DNA of 64,000 bases from the NCBI GenBank assembly GCA_022826645.1, contig JAJDUM010000046.1, positions 11,833 through 75,832 of the forward strand. The letters are read 5' to 3'. This stretch comes from Candidatus Poribacteria bacterium. Lineage in GTDB: Bacteria; Poribacteria; WGA-4E; PCPOR2b. The notes below the pieces were generated by a model. That model saw only the letters and a list, made by a program, of their open reading frames with translations. It was not told the origin of the DNA and ran no database searches. Shown piece by piece: positions 9,557 to 20,185 of this stretch. Both the position numbers and the translations under genes were made by a program. Position 1 is the stretch's first letter, and each line of letters begins with the position of its first letter.

Positions 9557-12232
9557 CTATTTCAAAATCAGCATCTTCCGTGTCGCTGAGAAGTCAGGGG
9601 CATACAAACTGTAGAAATAAACTCCAGAGGCAACCTGCTCACCCAAGTTGTTACGTCCATCCCAGTACGCCGCCGTAGTGCGCGTCATATAGAATCCTTG
9701 CGCCTTAAAACCGAGATCCAACGTGCGTACAATACCGCCAGACGCGTCGTAAATCTGGAGGGTGACATCTGCCGATGTTTCAAGCTGGTATGGAATCCAA
9801 GTTTCAGGGTTGAACGGATTGGGGAAGTTTTGTAACAGCTGAGTCAGTTTCGGTTGACCGATGCTATCAAACCTGATAGACATAACCGCATTTTCCAGGT
9901 CCTCAGGAGTTACCTTAAAGTTGAGGGTGTGAGATTCAACATTTCGATCTGGCCCGACGACATGGACTTCAATCACATCTCCAACTTCGACGACACTCCG
10001 CCGTGCCAAGTCAGCGGTTGCTGCGGCGAAGTAATTTCCTTGTATCGAGGTAGTTATCACGCTGCTTGTTCTCGTGTTACGGACGACTACCTTGTAGCCG
10101 TCAAACGCTGATTTGCCTTCCAAATGTCCGCTTACAACGAACGCCCACGCTTCTTGAATCGGCTCCACGGATATAGCGGGTGCCGCTGCAGCGTCTTCCG
10201 TTTGGTTTGTCCACCGCGATCCAACATAGGCAAATTGGCGAGTGTTTGGAACATTGACGATATAACCTTTCCCACCTTCAATTGGAAAACCGTCGTCCGG
10301 TGCGGTTGGTGTCCATCCAACGAACTGCTGGTTTGCCGTATCGAGCGTGATGATGGTTGTCGCGCCCGTCAGCGCTGCGAGCGTCTTAGCACTCATCGGC
10401 GCTGGCGGTGCCAACGGCACAGAAATCATGTTTAAGCCTTTAGCGAGCGTGACGTTGAAGACGTTGCCAAAATAATCGCTCTCCGCCTTAGTGCCGAGTT
10501 TGGCAATAAACCCATGCCTCCGCCCATCTGTTGAGTCATAGTGTCCGACGACAGAAGCGTCCTGATTGATATTGTACCCTTCCGTTCTAACGCTGCCTGG
10601 AACTTTCAATTCATGGAGACCCCCAAGGAATGTACCGACATAAGTGCGGGTGACCTCACCTACCACTTTGCCTCGGGAAACGGAAATCTTTGTATCGGTG
10701 AAACCGTGCACAAAAAAGAATTCATAAGTTTCTTGGGTTGGAGGGGTGAAAGATACATACCTGCCATCCGGAGCGCGTAGGTATGGCGTATATGTACCTT
10801 CGTCATCTACGTAGCTGCCGAACATACCCCCTAACGCGTTGATAAAATCGGCATAAGTTTCCGCTGCCCCCGGATACTCAACGATGATGTCCCCTGTGAA
10901 TCCGCGACGCACGCCGGAAGCATCTGTCCAATTACCCGTCAGATTTCCCGTCGCATCACTGATACCCCATATCTCCGTTTCAACGGAGCCCGGAAAATCG
11001 TATTGGCGTAACTCGCCATCTTGTAGGATGATACCGCGGTGGTGTCCCTCGCTATCCTCGTAGTGTCCGGCAGCACGCCCATCATTACCGAGCGCGTAGA
11101 AATAGGTGTTCTGCGAACCGGGAAAATCATACGTTTTAAAAACACCATCGATGAGGGTAAAGGCGACCATTTTTTTGCCATCGGTACTTTTCGTGTAGCC
11201 CGCATAATCTTCAAAGTCAGAACTCGCCGTCAACGCTAAAAAATCTACACCCGGCACATCAATACTCTCGTAAGTATAGTTGAAACCACTGATTTGGAAA
11301 ACGGGTTGATTAACGACTTCAATGGGTTTGGCGATAAACCCGTGTCTACGCCCATCTGTTGAGTCATAGTGTCCGACGACAGAGCCGTCCTGATTGATAT
11401 TATAACCCTCTGTGGTGATGCTGCCCGGCACCTTCAATTCCCGTAGACCGTCAGTAAATGTACCAAGATAAGTGCGTATGACATCACCGAACACTTTACC
11501 TCGGGCAACCCTTACTATTGCATCGTTAACACCATGTACATAAAAGAATTCAAGATTTTCTGCATTTGTGAGCTCGAAAGGTACATACCTGCCATCCGAG
11601 GAATATGCATATTCTTGAAATAGCCCGTTAGCATCTATGTAGCTGGCGAACAAATTACCATCCGAGTTGACAAAATCGGCGAATGTTGCTGTTGCCCCGG
11701 GGAACTCAAGGATTGTGTCTCCTGTAAATCCACGCCGCACACCCGCAGCATCTATCCAATTACCTGTCAATACTCCCGTCGCGTCACTGATACCGTATAT
11801 CTCTGTTTGCACAGCATCGGGGAAATCGTATTGACGTAACTCGCTATCTTCCAAGATAACACCGTGGTGCAAACCCTCGCTATCTTCGTAGTAGCCCGCA
11901 GCGCGCCCATCATTACCGAGCGCGTAGAAATAAGTATTCTGTGCGCCCGGGAACTCATAGGGCGTAAAAACGCCATCAATGAGCGTAAAGGCGACCATTT
12001 TTTCACCATCGGCACTCCGCGTATAGCCCGCGTAATCCTCAAAGTCGCTGCTCGCGGTCAACGCTAAAAAATCTACACCGGGGACATCAATCGTTTCAAA
12101 AGTATAGTTGGCAGATATGCCAACGGGTTCATCTGTGACTTGTGCAGCACTATTCTTTAGGAGAAAGGAATTGAGGCATAGGAACAACGTAAAGGTGTAA
12201 AACAAAAAGCTGCGTTTAACCTGAATTTGCAT
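9557..12232 (-). CDS. Secreted repeat protein, tandem paralog of 7716..9521, with an internally duplicated repeat module of about 276 aa and a T9SS-type C-terminal domain
   Basis: The ATG at 12232 (MQIQVKRSFLFYTFTLFLCLNSFLLKNSAAQ signal peptide, GGAG RBS) is preferred over the TTG at 12259. Two near-identical modules begin YTFETIDVPGVDFLALTASSDFEDYAGY and YTYESIDVPGVDFLALTASSDFEDYAGY. The C-terminal tail is the same as in the neighbouring gene. Confidence 0.6.
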   Translation of the reverse strand: MQIQVKRSFLFYTFTLFLCLNSFLLKNSAAQVTDEPVGISANYTFETIDVPGVDFLALTASSDFEDYAGYTRSADGEKMVAFTLIDGVFTPYEFPGAQNTYFYALGNDGRAAGYYEDSEGLHHGVILEDSELRQYDFPDAVQTEIYGISDATGVLTGNWIDAAGVRRGFTGDTILEFPGATATFADFVNSDGNLFASYIDANGLFQEYAYSSDGRYVPFELTNAENLEFFYVHGVNDAIVRVARGKVFGDVIRTYLGTFTDGLRELKVPGSITTEGYNINQDGSVVGHYDSTDGRRHGFIAKPIEVVNQPVFQISGFNYTYESIDVPGVDFLALTASSDFEDYAGYTKSTDGKKMVAFTLIDGVFKTYDFPGSQNTYFYALGNDGRAAGHYEDSEGHHRGIILQDGELRQYDFPGSVETEIWGISDATGNLTGNWTDASGVRRGFTGDIIVEYPGAAETYADFINALGGMFGSYVDDEGTYTPYLRAPDGRYVSFTPPTQETYEFFFVHGFTDTKISVSRGKVVGEVTRTYVGTFLGGLHELKVPGSVRTEGYNINQDASVVGHYDSTDGRRHGFIAKLGTKAESDYFGNVFNVTLAKGLNMISVPLAPPAPMSAKTLAALTGATTIITLDTANQQFVGWTPTAPDDGFPIEGGKGYIVNVPNTRQFAYVGSRWTNQTEDAAAAPAISVEPIQEAWAFVVSGHLEGKSAFDGYKVVVRNTRTSSVITTSIQGNYFAAATADLARRSVVEVGDVIEVHVVGPDRNVESHTLNFKVTPEDLENAVMSIRFDSIGQPKLTQLLQNFPNPFNPETWIPYQLETSADVTLQIYDASGGIVRTLDLGFKAQGFYMTRTTAAYWDGRNNLGEQVASGVYFYSLYAPDFSATRKMLILK
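10450..12106. repeat. Intragenic tandem duplication, 2 x roughly 828 bp, inside the 9557..12232 CDS
   Basis: Protein modules aa ~52-327 and ~328-603 are about 70% identical. Antisense ORF pairs in the track (10939-11214 vs 11767-12042; 11039-11239 vs 11864-12067) are offset by 825-828 nt. Confidence 0.7.
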
Positions 12233-12421
12233 AAAGAAAAACTCCGTTATTTTTTTCAAGCTTGGACAACTGGAACGAAACAGGTCGCGATCCAGAGGGT
12301 ACGTCTCCTACCATATACTTTGCGTAGTGTAGGCGGAACTTCCAATTCCCGACTATTGGACCAGTTTATGACGTTTGGTTTATCGACTTGCAACTTGGGT
12401 AAGTAAAGACGATTGTCAGAC

Positions 12422-13279
12422 TTATTGCGGTGGCGTCCAGTTTTTGATGTGTTTTTGCCAAACGCGCTCTACCTCGCCTCGGATGGATTGTACATCTTTC
12501 CATCGGTCTGGAAATACGGATAGCGTATAGCCCATCGCACCCTGCTCAGGGCAGACAAACATCTCTCGCCCCGGCGTCGCCGCTTGCAGCCAAACTTCGA
12601 TGAGCCGCTCTGCGAATTCAAGCCAGTCAAGGAATTCTGGTGTGAACTCGCCATCATGCCCGAGCGCGGGGATCTGGCAGTGGTGACCATTGAATGGGCG
12701 GAAATGGAACTGCTGGGCGAGTTGGATAAGGTCAACCCGTTCCGCCAATCGATCCCAGTAGGGTGGCGAGAGGTGTTTGATAATGGCAGGGTGTGAGAAA
12801 TCCCACGTCATCTTTAAGGGACGCCCCTCTGCCTTCTCAAAGCCTTCTGCGAGCGCGTAAGCCTTCTCCGGCGTCTCGGTACAGGTGTCGCGGTGCACTT
12901 CAACAGCGACATCCATCTCCAGCCTACCTGCGGTCTCCATGACTTGGCGTGCCCGTGTTATGGCTTCGTCCGTCGGGGTATCGTGATCGAGCATCTGCAC
13001 GTTGACGCAGACCGCACCGACCTCTCTGATTGCCTGTAGTTTTGGCTCAACCTCGGCTGCCTCCCCTATATCCACAGTTGCAGCGAACAGTAACCCGTAC
13101 TGCTGGACATGTTCGGCGGTAACGACCGGCACTCGACCGAGAAAGCCGTCGAATCCAGCATTTTTTATCTCCACCAACTTCCGATCGATAGACCATTCTC
13201 CGTCCGCATCGCCATAGTCTGTCAGGGTCCAGAGCGTTGCCATGTGTCGGATCTGCGGTGGATTGATTGCGTCTGACAT
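12422..13279 (-). CDS. Sugar phosphate isomerase/epimerase (xylose-isomerase-like TIM barrel) family protein
   Basis: 285 aa; overall similarity in pattern to AP-endonuclease-2/xylose-isomerase-like TIM barrels; GGAGG RBS upstream of the ATG at 13279. Confidence 0.5.
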   Translation of the reverse strand: MSDAINPPQIRHMATLWTLTDYGDADGEWSIDRKLVEIKNAGFDGFLGRVPVVTAEHVQQYGLLFAATVDIGEAAEVEPKLQAIREVGAVCVNVQMLDHDTPTDEAITRARQVMETAGRLEMDVAVEVHRDTCTETPEKAYALAEGFEKAEGRPLKMTWDFSHPAIIKHLSPPYWDRLAERVDLIQLAQQFHFRPFNGHHCQIPALGHDGEFTPEFLDWLEFAERLIEVWLQAATPGREMFVCPEQGAMGYTLSVFPDRWKDVQSIRGEVERVWQKHIKNWTPPQ

Positions 13280-13553
13280 GTTATTTATTGATACCTCCTG
13301 CCTTGTGTATTTACAGATCTACGAAACGGTAGAATTGGTAACAGGTGTTCAGATGCAGCACGCTTCGTTTGCTCACAATCAGCAAGGGATTTTTTCGATT
13401 GAATTGAAAACTCCAAAAGGATATACTAAGGCAAAGTTTCTGTCAAGGACTAAAGTCACCATACTACCGCTTACTCAGCATGGTTAGATGCTTAGCAACA
13501 TAGGAGAATCCCTACGATAATGGGAGGAGATCGAACATGAGGGAATTTTTACC

Positions 13554-14192
13554 ATGAGAAGGGCGAGATATATTGCAATCGGTGTGATCGCGATTGTTGC
13601 GATTCTGGTAGGTGTAGGTTTGATATTGGTATCAACAGAAACTTCCGAATCCCCTTCGGATATCCCTTCTGATGCCACCCTGTTCGCCGTCCGATATGAG
13701 AAACCGGCGTGGCTTGAGGGGCATCTAAAACAGCGGAGTATTGAGGAATATATCAAGAATCGGAAACAGGAAATAACAGATAGCGCCACCGAGCTGAGAC
13801 AGGAATTCCCCGACTCTGCACTACTGCCATTTACTCTTGATATTACCGTAGACCGCACTGTGCTCAATGAATATGAGAGCATTTTGGTTACCGAAAGGAC
13901 ATACACAGGAGGGGCGCATGGTAATGTGCAATATGTATATTACAATCTACGCAACGGCAGTAGTATAACGCTCGGCGACTATTTGAAAGACAGGGGAACA
14001 TCGGAGGCGCAACTACTCACGCTCGTCAACGAGCGTCTTCGACAAGATGCATACGAGTCGGTAGAAGACCTTGAAGACGTGCCGTGGCAGGTGTATAGTC
14101 GGGAACCCGAACAGTCGATTGGTATTCGTATTCTGTTTCCGCCCTACGCTGTTGCTTCGTTCAGCGCAGGAACGATTACTTATACTTTTTGA
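13554..14192 (+). CDS. DUF3298/DUF4163-domain membrane-anchored protein (RsiV/PdaC-like fold)
   Basis: N-terminal TM helix IAIGVIAIVAILVGVGLILV; hallmark YTGGAHG motif of DUF3298. Confidence 0.6.
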   Translation: MRRARYIAIGVIAIVAILVGVGLILVSTETSESPSDIPSDATLFAVRYEKPAWLEGHLKQRSIEEYIKNRKQEITDSATELRQEFPDSALLPFTLDITVDRTVLNEYESILVTERTYTGGAHGNVQYVYYNLRNGSSITLGDYLKDRGTSEAQLLTLVNERLRQDAYESVEDLEDVPWQVYSREPEQSIGIRILFPPYAVASFSAGTITYTF

Positions 14193-14283
14193 GGATATGC
14201 ATTCCCGGATGGTAACGCAAGCCGACACCTAAATATCCCAAATTACGGGGATTTCTGAGGTGTGGAAAGGGAGGAGTCACACA

Positions 14284-15030
14284 ATGCTCACGCAAGAACA
14301 GATCAACCACTTTCAAACGTTCGGATTTCTGACTTTCCGGCAGCTGTTCAATCAGGACGAACTGAAGACCATCCATACGGAGTTTGAAGCGGCGATGACG
14401 GAGGCGTTTCGAGATGACCCATTCGATGGCACACGCCGGCATTGGCTGATCACGATGGGACCCGATACGCCGTTCCTCGCCTCATTATTGGAGGACCCAC
14501 GATTCTGCGATACGGCGGAACAGCTTTATGGGGAGGACGTCTTCGGTATTGCCTCCGACATCAACCGTTACGTCGGGGATACGCGCTGGCACCCTGATAC
14601 AGGAAGCCTCCATCAGTACGGCGTCAAATTCGCCTATTATCTGCAGCCGGTGGCTGCCGAAACCGGTGCGCTGCGATTGATACCGGGATCGCACGAATCG
14701 TCCTTCCACGGAGAATTACGGAAGAAGATGGAAGGGTTAGAACTTGACATCCCTGATGTGCCCGCCTATATTTTTGAGTCGGAACCGGGGGATGTGGTGG
14801 CTTTCGATGTGCGATGCTGGCATGCGAGTTGGGGTGGCGGAGTAGATCGGCGGATGTGCGTTTTGGTGTATTACAACAATCCAAAAACGCCGGAAGAAGC
14901 GGAAGCCACTGCGAAACAAATTATCGGCAATAAGGTTGACTATGGGCCTTGGGTTACCAATGCGGCGGGGAATTCGAAGCGTCAACAGTGGATAGACCGG
15001 ATGCGAGCGTTGGCGCCGGATGCGCTTTGA
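14284..15030 (+). CDS. Phytanoyl-CoA dioxygenase (PhyH) family protein
   Basis: RWHPD (HxD) and CWHAS; start MLTQEQINHF preceded by a GGGAGGAG RBS (the track ORF starts 24 nt earlier). Confidence 0.75.
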   Translation: MLTQEQINHFQTFGFLTFRQLFNQDELKTIHTEFEAAMTEAFRDDPFDGTRRHWLITMGPDTPFLASLLEDPRFCDTAEQLYGEDVFGIASDINRYVGDTRWHPDTGSLHQYGVKFAYYLQPVAAETGALRLIPGSHESSFHGELRKKMEGLELDIPDVPAYIFESEPGDVVAFDVRCWHASWGGGVDRRMCVLVYYNNPKTPEEAEATAKQIIGNKVDYGPWVTNAAGNSKRQQWIDRMRALAPDAL

Positions 15031-15328
15031 TGATAGTGTAGGCTGGGTTGAAATCCAACTGTGGCAGATTTTGAGATTGCACAGACACTACCAAACACAC
15101 AGCCAACCACCTAAATCCCGCCCCCGATAAACCGGGATGTACTACTTATCAGAGGGACTTTGGATACTTCGCAAATCCCGCAAACTAATCCCGCACGTCG
15201 GGACGCTACTTATGCCAGATTTCCCGATGACTACAGCGTTTGCCAATTACCAACATCAAGATGTGAACAGGTCGTAAACACTTTTTCAGACATGGTATGG
15301 TCTTTACAGAGAAAGAGGAGGTGGATAG

Positions 15329-16297
15329 ATGCACGCAATTTGTATTCATGAACATGGCGGTCCGGAGGCACTTCGTTACGAGGAGATCGCAAGCGGTGAG
15401 CCCGGCGCGGGAGAAGCACGGGTACGTATTGAGGCAGCGGGATTAAACTATATCGATATTTATCATCGAACGGGGCTCTATCCGAGTACCAACATGCCCT
15501 TCACGCCGGGGATGGAGGGTGCCGGGGTGGTCGAGGCGGTCGGTCCCGATGTCACGGAAGTTAATGTGGGAGATCGTGTCGGTTATGCAATGCACCAAGG
15601 TTCCTACACCGAAGAAGCAATTGTACCGTCAAGGGTGCTTGTTCCTCTACCCGATTCGGTTGATACGCAGTCGGCAGCGGCAGCAATGTTGCAAGGAATG
15701 ACGGCACATTACCTGACCCGTAGCACCTATCCGCTCAGTGCGAGCGATACGGCATTAGTTCATGCGGCAGCGGGTGGGGTCGGGTTGTTGCTTATTCAGA
15801 TGGCGAAGATGCTGGGAGCGCGCGTATTGGGCACGGTCTCCACGCCGGAGAAAGCGGAACTTGCTAGGGGTGCTGGTGCGGACGAGGTCATCCTCTATAC
15901 AGAGACTGATTTTGAAGCGGAGGTTAAACGTTTGACCAATGGGCAGGGGGTTGATGTGGTCTACGACTCGGTCGCCAAAACCACCTTTGACAAGAGCCTC
16001 AACTGCCTTCGTCCCCGCGGTTATCTGGTGCTATTTGGGCAGTCGAGTGGACCTGTTCCGCCGTTCGACTTGAGCCGTCTGTCGCGTGGTTCGATGTTCA
16101 TCACACGGCCGGGGTTGGGACATTACGCTGCGGATCGGGAAGAGTTGATGGGGCGGGCGGGTGACCTCTTTGAATGGATTGGCTCTGGTGCGTTGAAGCT
16201 GTGCATTGATCGGACGTTTCCGCTCCAAGATGCTGCCGATGCACACCGCGCTTTAGAAGGTAGACAGACAACAGGGAAGGTGTTGCTGATTCCTTAA
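15329..16297 (+). CDS. NADPH:quinone oxidoreductase (zeta-crystallin-like, MDR superfamily)
   Basis: 322 aa; ...[21 protein letters not shown]...[26 protein letters not shown]...; GGAGG RBS. Confidence 0.85.
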   Translation: MHAICIHEHGGPEALRYEEIASGEPGAGEARVRIEAAGLNYIDIYHRTGLYPSTNMPFTPGMEGAGVVEAVGPDVTEVNVGDRVGYAMHQGSYTEEAIVPSRVLVPLPDSVDTQSAAAAMLQGMTAHYLTRSTYPLSASDTALVHAAAGGVGLLLIQMAKMLGARVLGTVSTPEKAELARGAGADEVILYTETDFEAEVKRLTNGQGVDVVYDSVAKTTFDKSLNCLRPRGYLVLFGQSSGPVPPFDLSRLSRGSMFITRPGLGHYAADREELMGRAGDLFEWIGSGALKLCIDRTFPLQDAADAHRALEGRQTTGKVLLIP

Positions 16298-16301
16298 GGA
16301 A

Positions 16302-16327
16302 TGAAACGTGATGCGTGAAACGTGAAT
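16302..16327 (+). repeat. GTGAAACGTGA-direct-repeat element, copy 1
   Basis: tgaaacgtgatgcgtgaaacgtgaa, immediately after the stop of the quinone oxidoreductase gene. Confidence 0.6.
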
Positions 16328-16586
16328 GGTGAGTTTGACGGACATCGTGAAACCTAACCTAGGAGTGAAGCATAATACTCCGTGCGTAAGAGAAACGTTG
16401 TCTACACCTGTTGAATTCGTAGGGGTTGGGTCCCCAACCCGTTGGGCGAGGAAACCTCGCCCCTACGACTACGAACACGCCTCATATAAACGTCAGCACA
16501 CTCTAGCAACCTGAACAATCTCAATTATTTACACTGTTCGTACAAGTCTGCACACCAACTGAATTTTAACAGATAGGAGTTGTGAT

Positions 16587-17978
16587 ATGGCAGCCGCTTC
16601 GATTGATACATTAAGCTCGCTTGAGGGTTTGCAGGACGGAACCTTGTCCCCACACCGCATCGCAAAATTGCGGAACGATTTCGATGGCAACTCGGCCTAT
16701 CGGATGGCGCAGAACGCTGTCTGCAAGATTGCTGTCGATGAGGTCGCCCTCAACCGTCAGGTAGTTACCAATAGCGACTTTACCTTCAGCCATGTGTTGG
16801 ATGACTGGAGCGTTACGAATCAGAAGAGTAGCGGTAGATGTTGGATGTTTGCTGGGCTGAATCTGTTCCGCGTCGGCGCAATGAAGAAGATGAATCTGAA
16901 AGAGTTTGAGTTCAGCCAGAATTATACGTTTTTCTGGGATAAGCTTGAACGTTCCAACTATTTCTTGCAACGGATGATCGAGATGGTAGATCGTCCTGTA
17001 GATGATCGGTGCGTGGCATGGCTACTTGACAGCCCCTTGGAGGATGGCGGACAGTGGAATATGTTTGTCAATCTGATTAAGAAACACGGGCTCGTGCCCC
17101 AAGCGTTTATGCCAGAGACGGAGAGTTCATCAAGTTCGAATCGGATGAACCGCATGTTGTTGAATAAGCTACGCGAGGGCGCGAAAACGCTTCGTGACAT
17201 GGCATCAAAAGATGCGAGTTTTGATGAGTTGTTAGATGCCAAAGATGAGATTATCACAGTCGTTCACCGCATACTGTCCATCCATCTCGGCACACCGCCG
17301 ACCCAGTTCGATTGGCAGTGGAACGATGCGGACAGGAAGTTCCACCGCGATGGCGAGATGACACCACAGCAGTTCGCAGAGAAATATATTACTGTTCCGA
17401 TTGATGATTACGTCTGTCTCGTCCACGATCCGCGTCCGACGAGCCCGATCGGTAAAACCTTCACGGTCGAGTGCCTCGGCAACGTTGAGGGTGGCGCAAT
17501 TGTCAAGTACCTAAATATCGATATCGACCTCATGAAGCAGATAGCGATGAAGACGATTATGGACGGGGAGCCGGTCTGGATGGGGTGCGATGTTGGGAAG
17601 ATGATGCAAACCGATCTCGGTCTCTGGGACGCGAAGCTGTTTGATTACGAGGGGATCTATGACACCCCATTTGCGTTTGATAAGGCGGGACGACTCCAGT
17701 ACCACCAGACCTTGATGACCCACGCGATGCTATTTACGGGTGTGGATGTGGTACAGGAGAACGGCAGAGAGGTCCCGCGGCGCTGGCGGGTCGAGAACAG
17801 TTGGGGTGCCGATAGCGGCCGCAAGGGGTTCTACCTGATGAATGATAACTGGTTTGATCAGTATATGTTTGAGATCGCTGCGCGCAAAGAGTATCTGCCT
17901 GCCGAGCTGCAGGATGCCCTTGACAGTGAACCGATTGTGCTTCCCGCGTGGGATCCGATGGGTGCGTTGGCGAGATAG
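16587..17978 (+). CDS. pepC: Aminopeptidase C / bleomycin hydrolase (peptidase family C1B)
   Basis: 463 aa; catalytic-Cys context QKSSGRCWMFAG typical of C1B; TAGGAG RBS. Confidence 0.85.
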   Translation: MAAASIDTLSSLEGLQDGTLSPHRIAKLRNDFDGNSAYRMAQNAVCKIAVDEVALNRQVVTNSDFTFSHVLDDWSVTNQKSSGRCWMFAGLNLFRVGAMKKMNLKEFEFSQNYTFFWDKLERSNYFLQRMIEMVDRPVDDRCVAWLLDSPLEDGGQWNMFVNLIKKHGLVPQAFMPETESSSSSNRMNRMLLNKLREGAKTLRDMASKDASFDELLDAKDEIITVVHRILSIHLGTPPTQFDWQWNDADRKFHRDGEMTPQQFAEKYITVPIDDYVCLVHDPRPTSPIGKTFTVECLGNVEGGAIVKYLNIDIDLMKQIAMKTIMDGEPVWMGCDVGKMMQTDLGLWDAKLFDYEGIYDTPFAFDKAGRLQYHQTLMTHAMLFTGVDVVQENGREVPRRWRVENSWGADSGRKGFYLMNDNWFDQYMFEIAARKEYLPAELQDALDSEPIVLPAWDPMGALAR

Positions 17979-18164
17979 GGGGCCGTCGCAACTTTGAGAC
18001 GCATGGAGCAGGGCAACCACAAGGGTTGCCCCTATAGAAACAGGTCCAGTGTAGGGACCGTTTTGTGCCCGCCAAAAAATAGTCAGGTGCATGAGGTCAA
18101 CGATTCTCGATCGGAGATTGGTTCAATTTATCAGTTGTCAACAGAGTTTAGGAGGAGAGATAAA

Positions 18165-19037
18165 ATGGCATTTAGTGAAAGCTGGTCGATACTGGAACCC
18201 AACTTGGAAACTGTCTTTTCCCATGAGTCAAATCCGCTTCAAGCGCTTGCGGAGGCTCGTATCGCGGGGATTGCCTTGCGTGGCGCTTATAATCCAGAAC
18301 AGTGTAGCGGCCTTATGCGGCGATTTGTTGAGCGGGGCCTGCTGCATGATCCGGAACGCCTTAACCCAGCAGAGAAGGTGCAGAGCCGAATTGATATTGG
18401 TTCGAGTCTGGTCAACCGTGCACGCGGCGGCTTAGCGGTATCAGATGATCCAGCCGAGAACAGGGAAGCGTTTCTTGAACACTCAGCGAGTACACATGAA
18501 CTTTTTAGTCATCTATTCGACGGACTTGACAATCCGATAGATACCCTCTACGATTGCCTCTCTTCGCTCGCGGTGGATAAGGAGGTAAAAGTTGCGCGTG
18601 AACCGGACGGCCGTCTTTACGGACCCGCTATCTTCCGGGTTCACTATGAGGGTCACGCATACGCGCCCCACATCAATCACGTTGCTATAGACGATAAGCT
18701 GTTCCAATTTGATGTTTCGCGCTTTACTCACCAGTTTGCGGGTCTCATCTGTATCCAGAATTCTGTGCATGAAGGGAACAGTCCTCACGCGGTTATAGAT
18801 CGGTGCGTTTGGAGTCCGGAGGTCCAGGAGCATCTCTCTAATGGCACCTACCACGAATACGCCGCACAGAACAAAATTGAGCAGCAGCAGATCGAGGTTC
18901 AACCGGGCGACTTTTATCTATTCAACAGCGGTTGCATCCACCAGGTAGCCGCGGTAGAGGGAAATATCCCCAGAACGGTTTTGGCGACGTTTATCGGGTA
19001 TTCGGAAGACGATGATGAAATCTTTGTTTGGGCGTGA
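18165..19037 (+). CDS. Hypothetical protein, possibly a non-heme Fe(II) oxygenase-like fold
   Basis: 290 aa from MAFSES with an AGGAGGAG RBS. The track ORF (17994) is extended upstream across a REP element. His-rich motifs VHYEGHAYAPHINH and GCIHQV; no confident family assignment. Confidence 0.4.
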   Translation: MAFSESWSILEPNLETVFSHESNPLQALAEARIAGIALRGAYNPEQCSGLMRRFVERGLLHDPERLNPAEKVQSRIDIGSSLVNRARGGLAVSDDPAENREAFLEHSASTHELFSHLFDGLDNPIDTLYDCLSSLAVDKEVKVAREPDGRLYGPAIFRVHYEGHAYAPHINHVAIDDKLFQFDVSRFTHQFAGLICIQNSVHEGNSPHAVIDRCVWSPEVQEHLSNGTYHEYAAQNKIEQQQIEVQPGDFYLFNSGCIHQVAAVEGNIPRTVLATFIGYSEDDDEIFVWA

Positions 19038-19042
19038 TACTC

Positions 19043-19086
19043 GTGAAACGTGATACGTGAAACGTGAAAATAAATGAACCAATTGG
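19043..19086 (+). repeat. GTGAAACGTGA element, copy 2 (with atgaaccaattgg tail)
   Basis: gtgaaacgtgatacgtgaaacgtgaaaataaatgaaccaattgg. Confidence 0.6.
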
Positions 19087-19137
19087 CAATAACAACCTCG
19101 CTAACTCGCACCGGAGGTTACTACAGAGGAGAGGCAG

Positions 19138-20142
19138 ATGAGTGAAATTGTAAGCCGGGAGATTCGTCTCAAGCAGCGTCCCGTCGGCATCCCCAAGGAG
19201 AGCGATTTTGAAATTGTGGAAGTTCCCCTTGCTGCCCCCAAAGCGGGAGAGGTCCTTGTAAGAAACATCTATATGTCGGTCGATCCGTATATGCGCGGGG
19301 TTGTCAGGAATGTCGCGCTTGGTGTGCCGTTAGAAGGTGGGTGTGTTGGACAGGTTGTTCATTCGGGAAGTGAATCGTTTCAGGTCGGGGATTACGTCTT
19401 GGGCGGACTTGGCTGGCGGGAGTATTATCTTGCAAGGTCAGAGAGCCTAAGTCGGATTGATCCGACGCTCGCCCCGATTCAATCCTTTGTTGGCACTGTC
19501 GGTATGCCCGGACGGACCGCCTATTTTGGGCTGTTAGATGTCGGCGAACCCAAGGCGGGAGAAACGGTGTTTGTCTCTGCGGCCTCCGGCGCGGTAGGCG
19601 CGATTGCCTGTCAGATTGCGAAGATCAAAGGGTGCCGTGTGGTTGCGAGTGCTGGTTCGGACCAGAAGGTGGCGTGGCTTTTGGATAAGGCGGGTGTCGA
19701 TGCAGCGTTTAACTATAAGCGGGTCGATAACCTGACAGATGAGTTACAAGAACATTGTCCAGACGGAATTGATATTTACTTTGAGAATGTGGGTGGCGCA
19801 CACCTTGAGGCAGCCCTTTCGTTGATGAACATGCATGGACGGATTCCTCTGTGCGGTATGATTGCGCACTACAACGATGTTGAACCGACCCCCGGACCCA
19901 AAAATCTCAGCACGGCAATCGGTAAACGGTTGAAAATACAGGGTTTTATTGTTACCGATTATGCGGATCGCACCTCTGAATTTTACGCGGATATGCGTCA
20001 GTGGATCAGCGAGGGCAAGATGCATTGGGAGGAGACGATCATAGACGGTTTGGAAAACGCGCCGCAGGCATTTATCGGTCTATTCAGAGGCGAGAATATG
20101 GGCAAGATGATTGTCAAAATTAGACCGGAAGCGGCGGTATAA
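19138..20142 (+). CDS. NADP-dependent oxidoreductase, MDR family (alkenal/one reductase, YncB/CurA/LTB4-dehydrogenase-like)
   Basis: 334 aa; ...VRNIYMSVDPYMRG...SAASGAVGAIACQIAKIKGCRVVASAGS... matches the family consensus. Confidence 0.8.
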   Translation: MSEIVSREIRLKQRPVGIPKESDFEIVEVPLAAPKAGEVLVRNIYMSVDPYMRGVVRNVALGVPLEGGCVGQVVHSGSESFQVGDYVLGGLGWREYYLARSESLSRIDPTLAPIQSFVGTVGMPGRTAYFGLLDVGEPKAGETVFVSAASGAVGAIACQIAKIKGCRVVASAGSDQKVAWLLDKAGVDAAFNYKRVDNLTDELQEHCPDGIDIYFENVGGAHLEAALSLMNMHGRIPLCGMIAHYNDVEPTPGPKNLSTAIGKRLKIQGFIVTDYADRTSEFYADMRQWISEGKMHWEETIIDGLENAPQAFIGLFRGENMGKMIVKIRPEAAV

Positions 20143-20185
20143 TCGCTGCTGTGATTGCCAGGAAATTGTAAGGAGGAGGAAACGG

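Noticed and set aside
7743-12067. Plus-strand ORFs antisense to the two large secreted-protein genes (for example 8374..8679, 9042..9479, 10124..10435, 11039..11239, 11864..12067)
   Set aside because: They are shadow frames of GC-rich repeat-protein genes. Their paired occurrence at an 828-nt offset simply mirrors the intragenic duplication.
17994-18164. N-terminal extensions of track ORFs (17994, 35350, 1917, 20111, 28305, 46000, 48131, 56874, 58636)
   Set aside because: Each extension runs through REP elements or lacks an RBS. An internal ATG preceded by a strong Shine-Dalgarno and beginning a recognisable domain is the better start.
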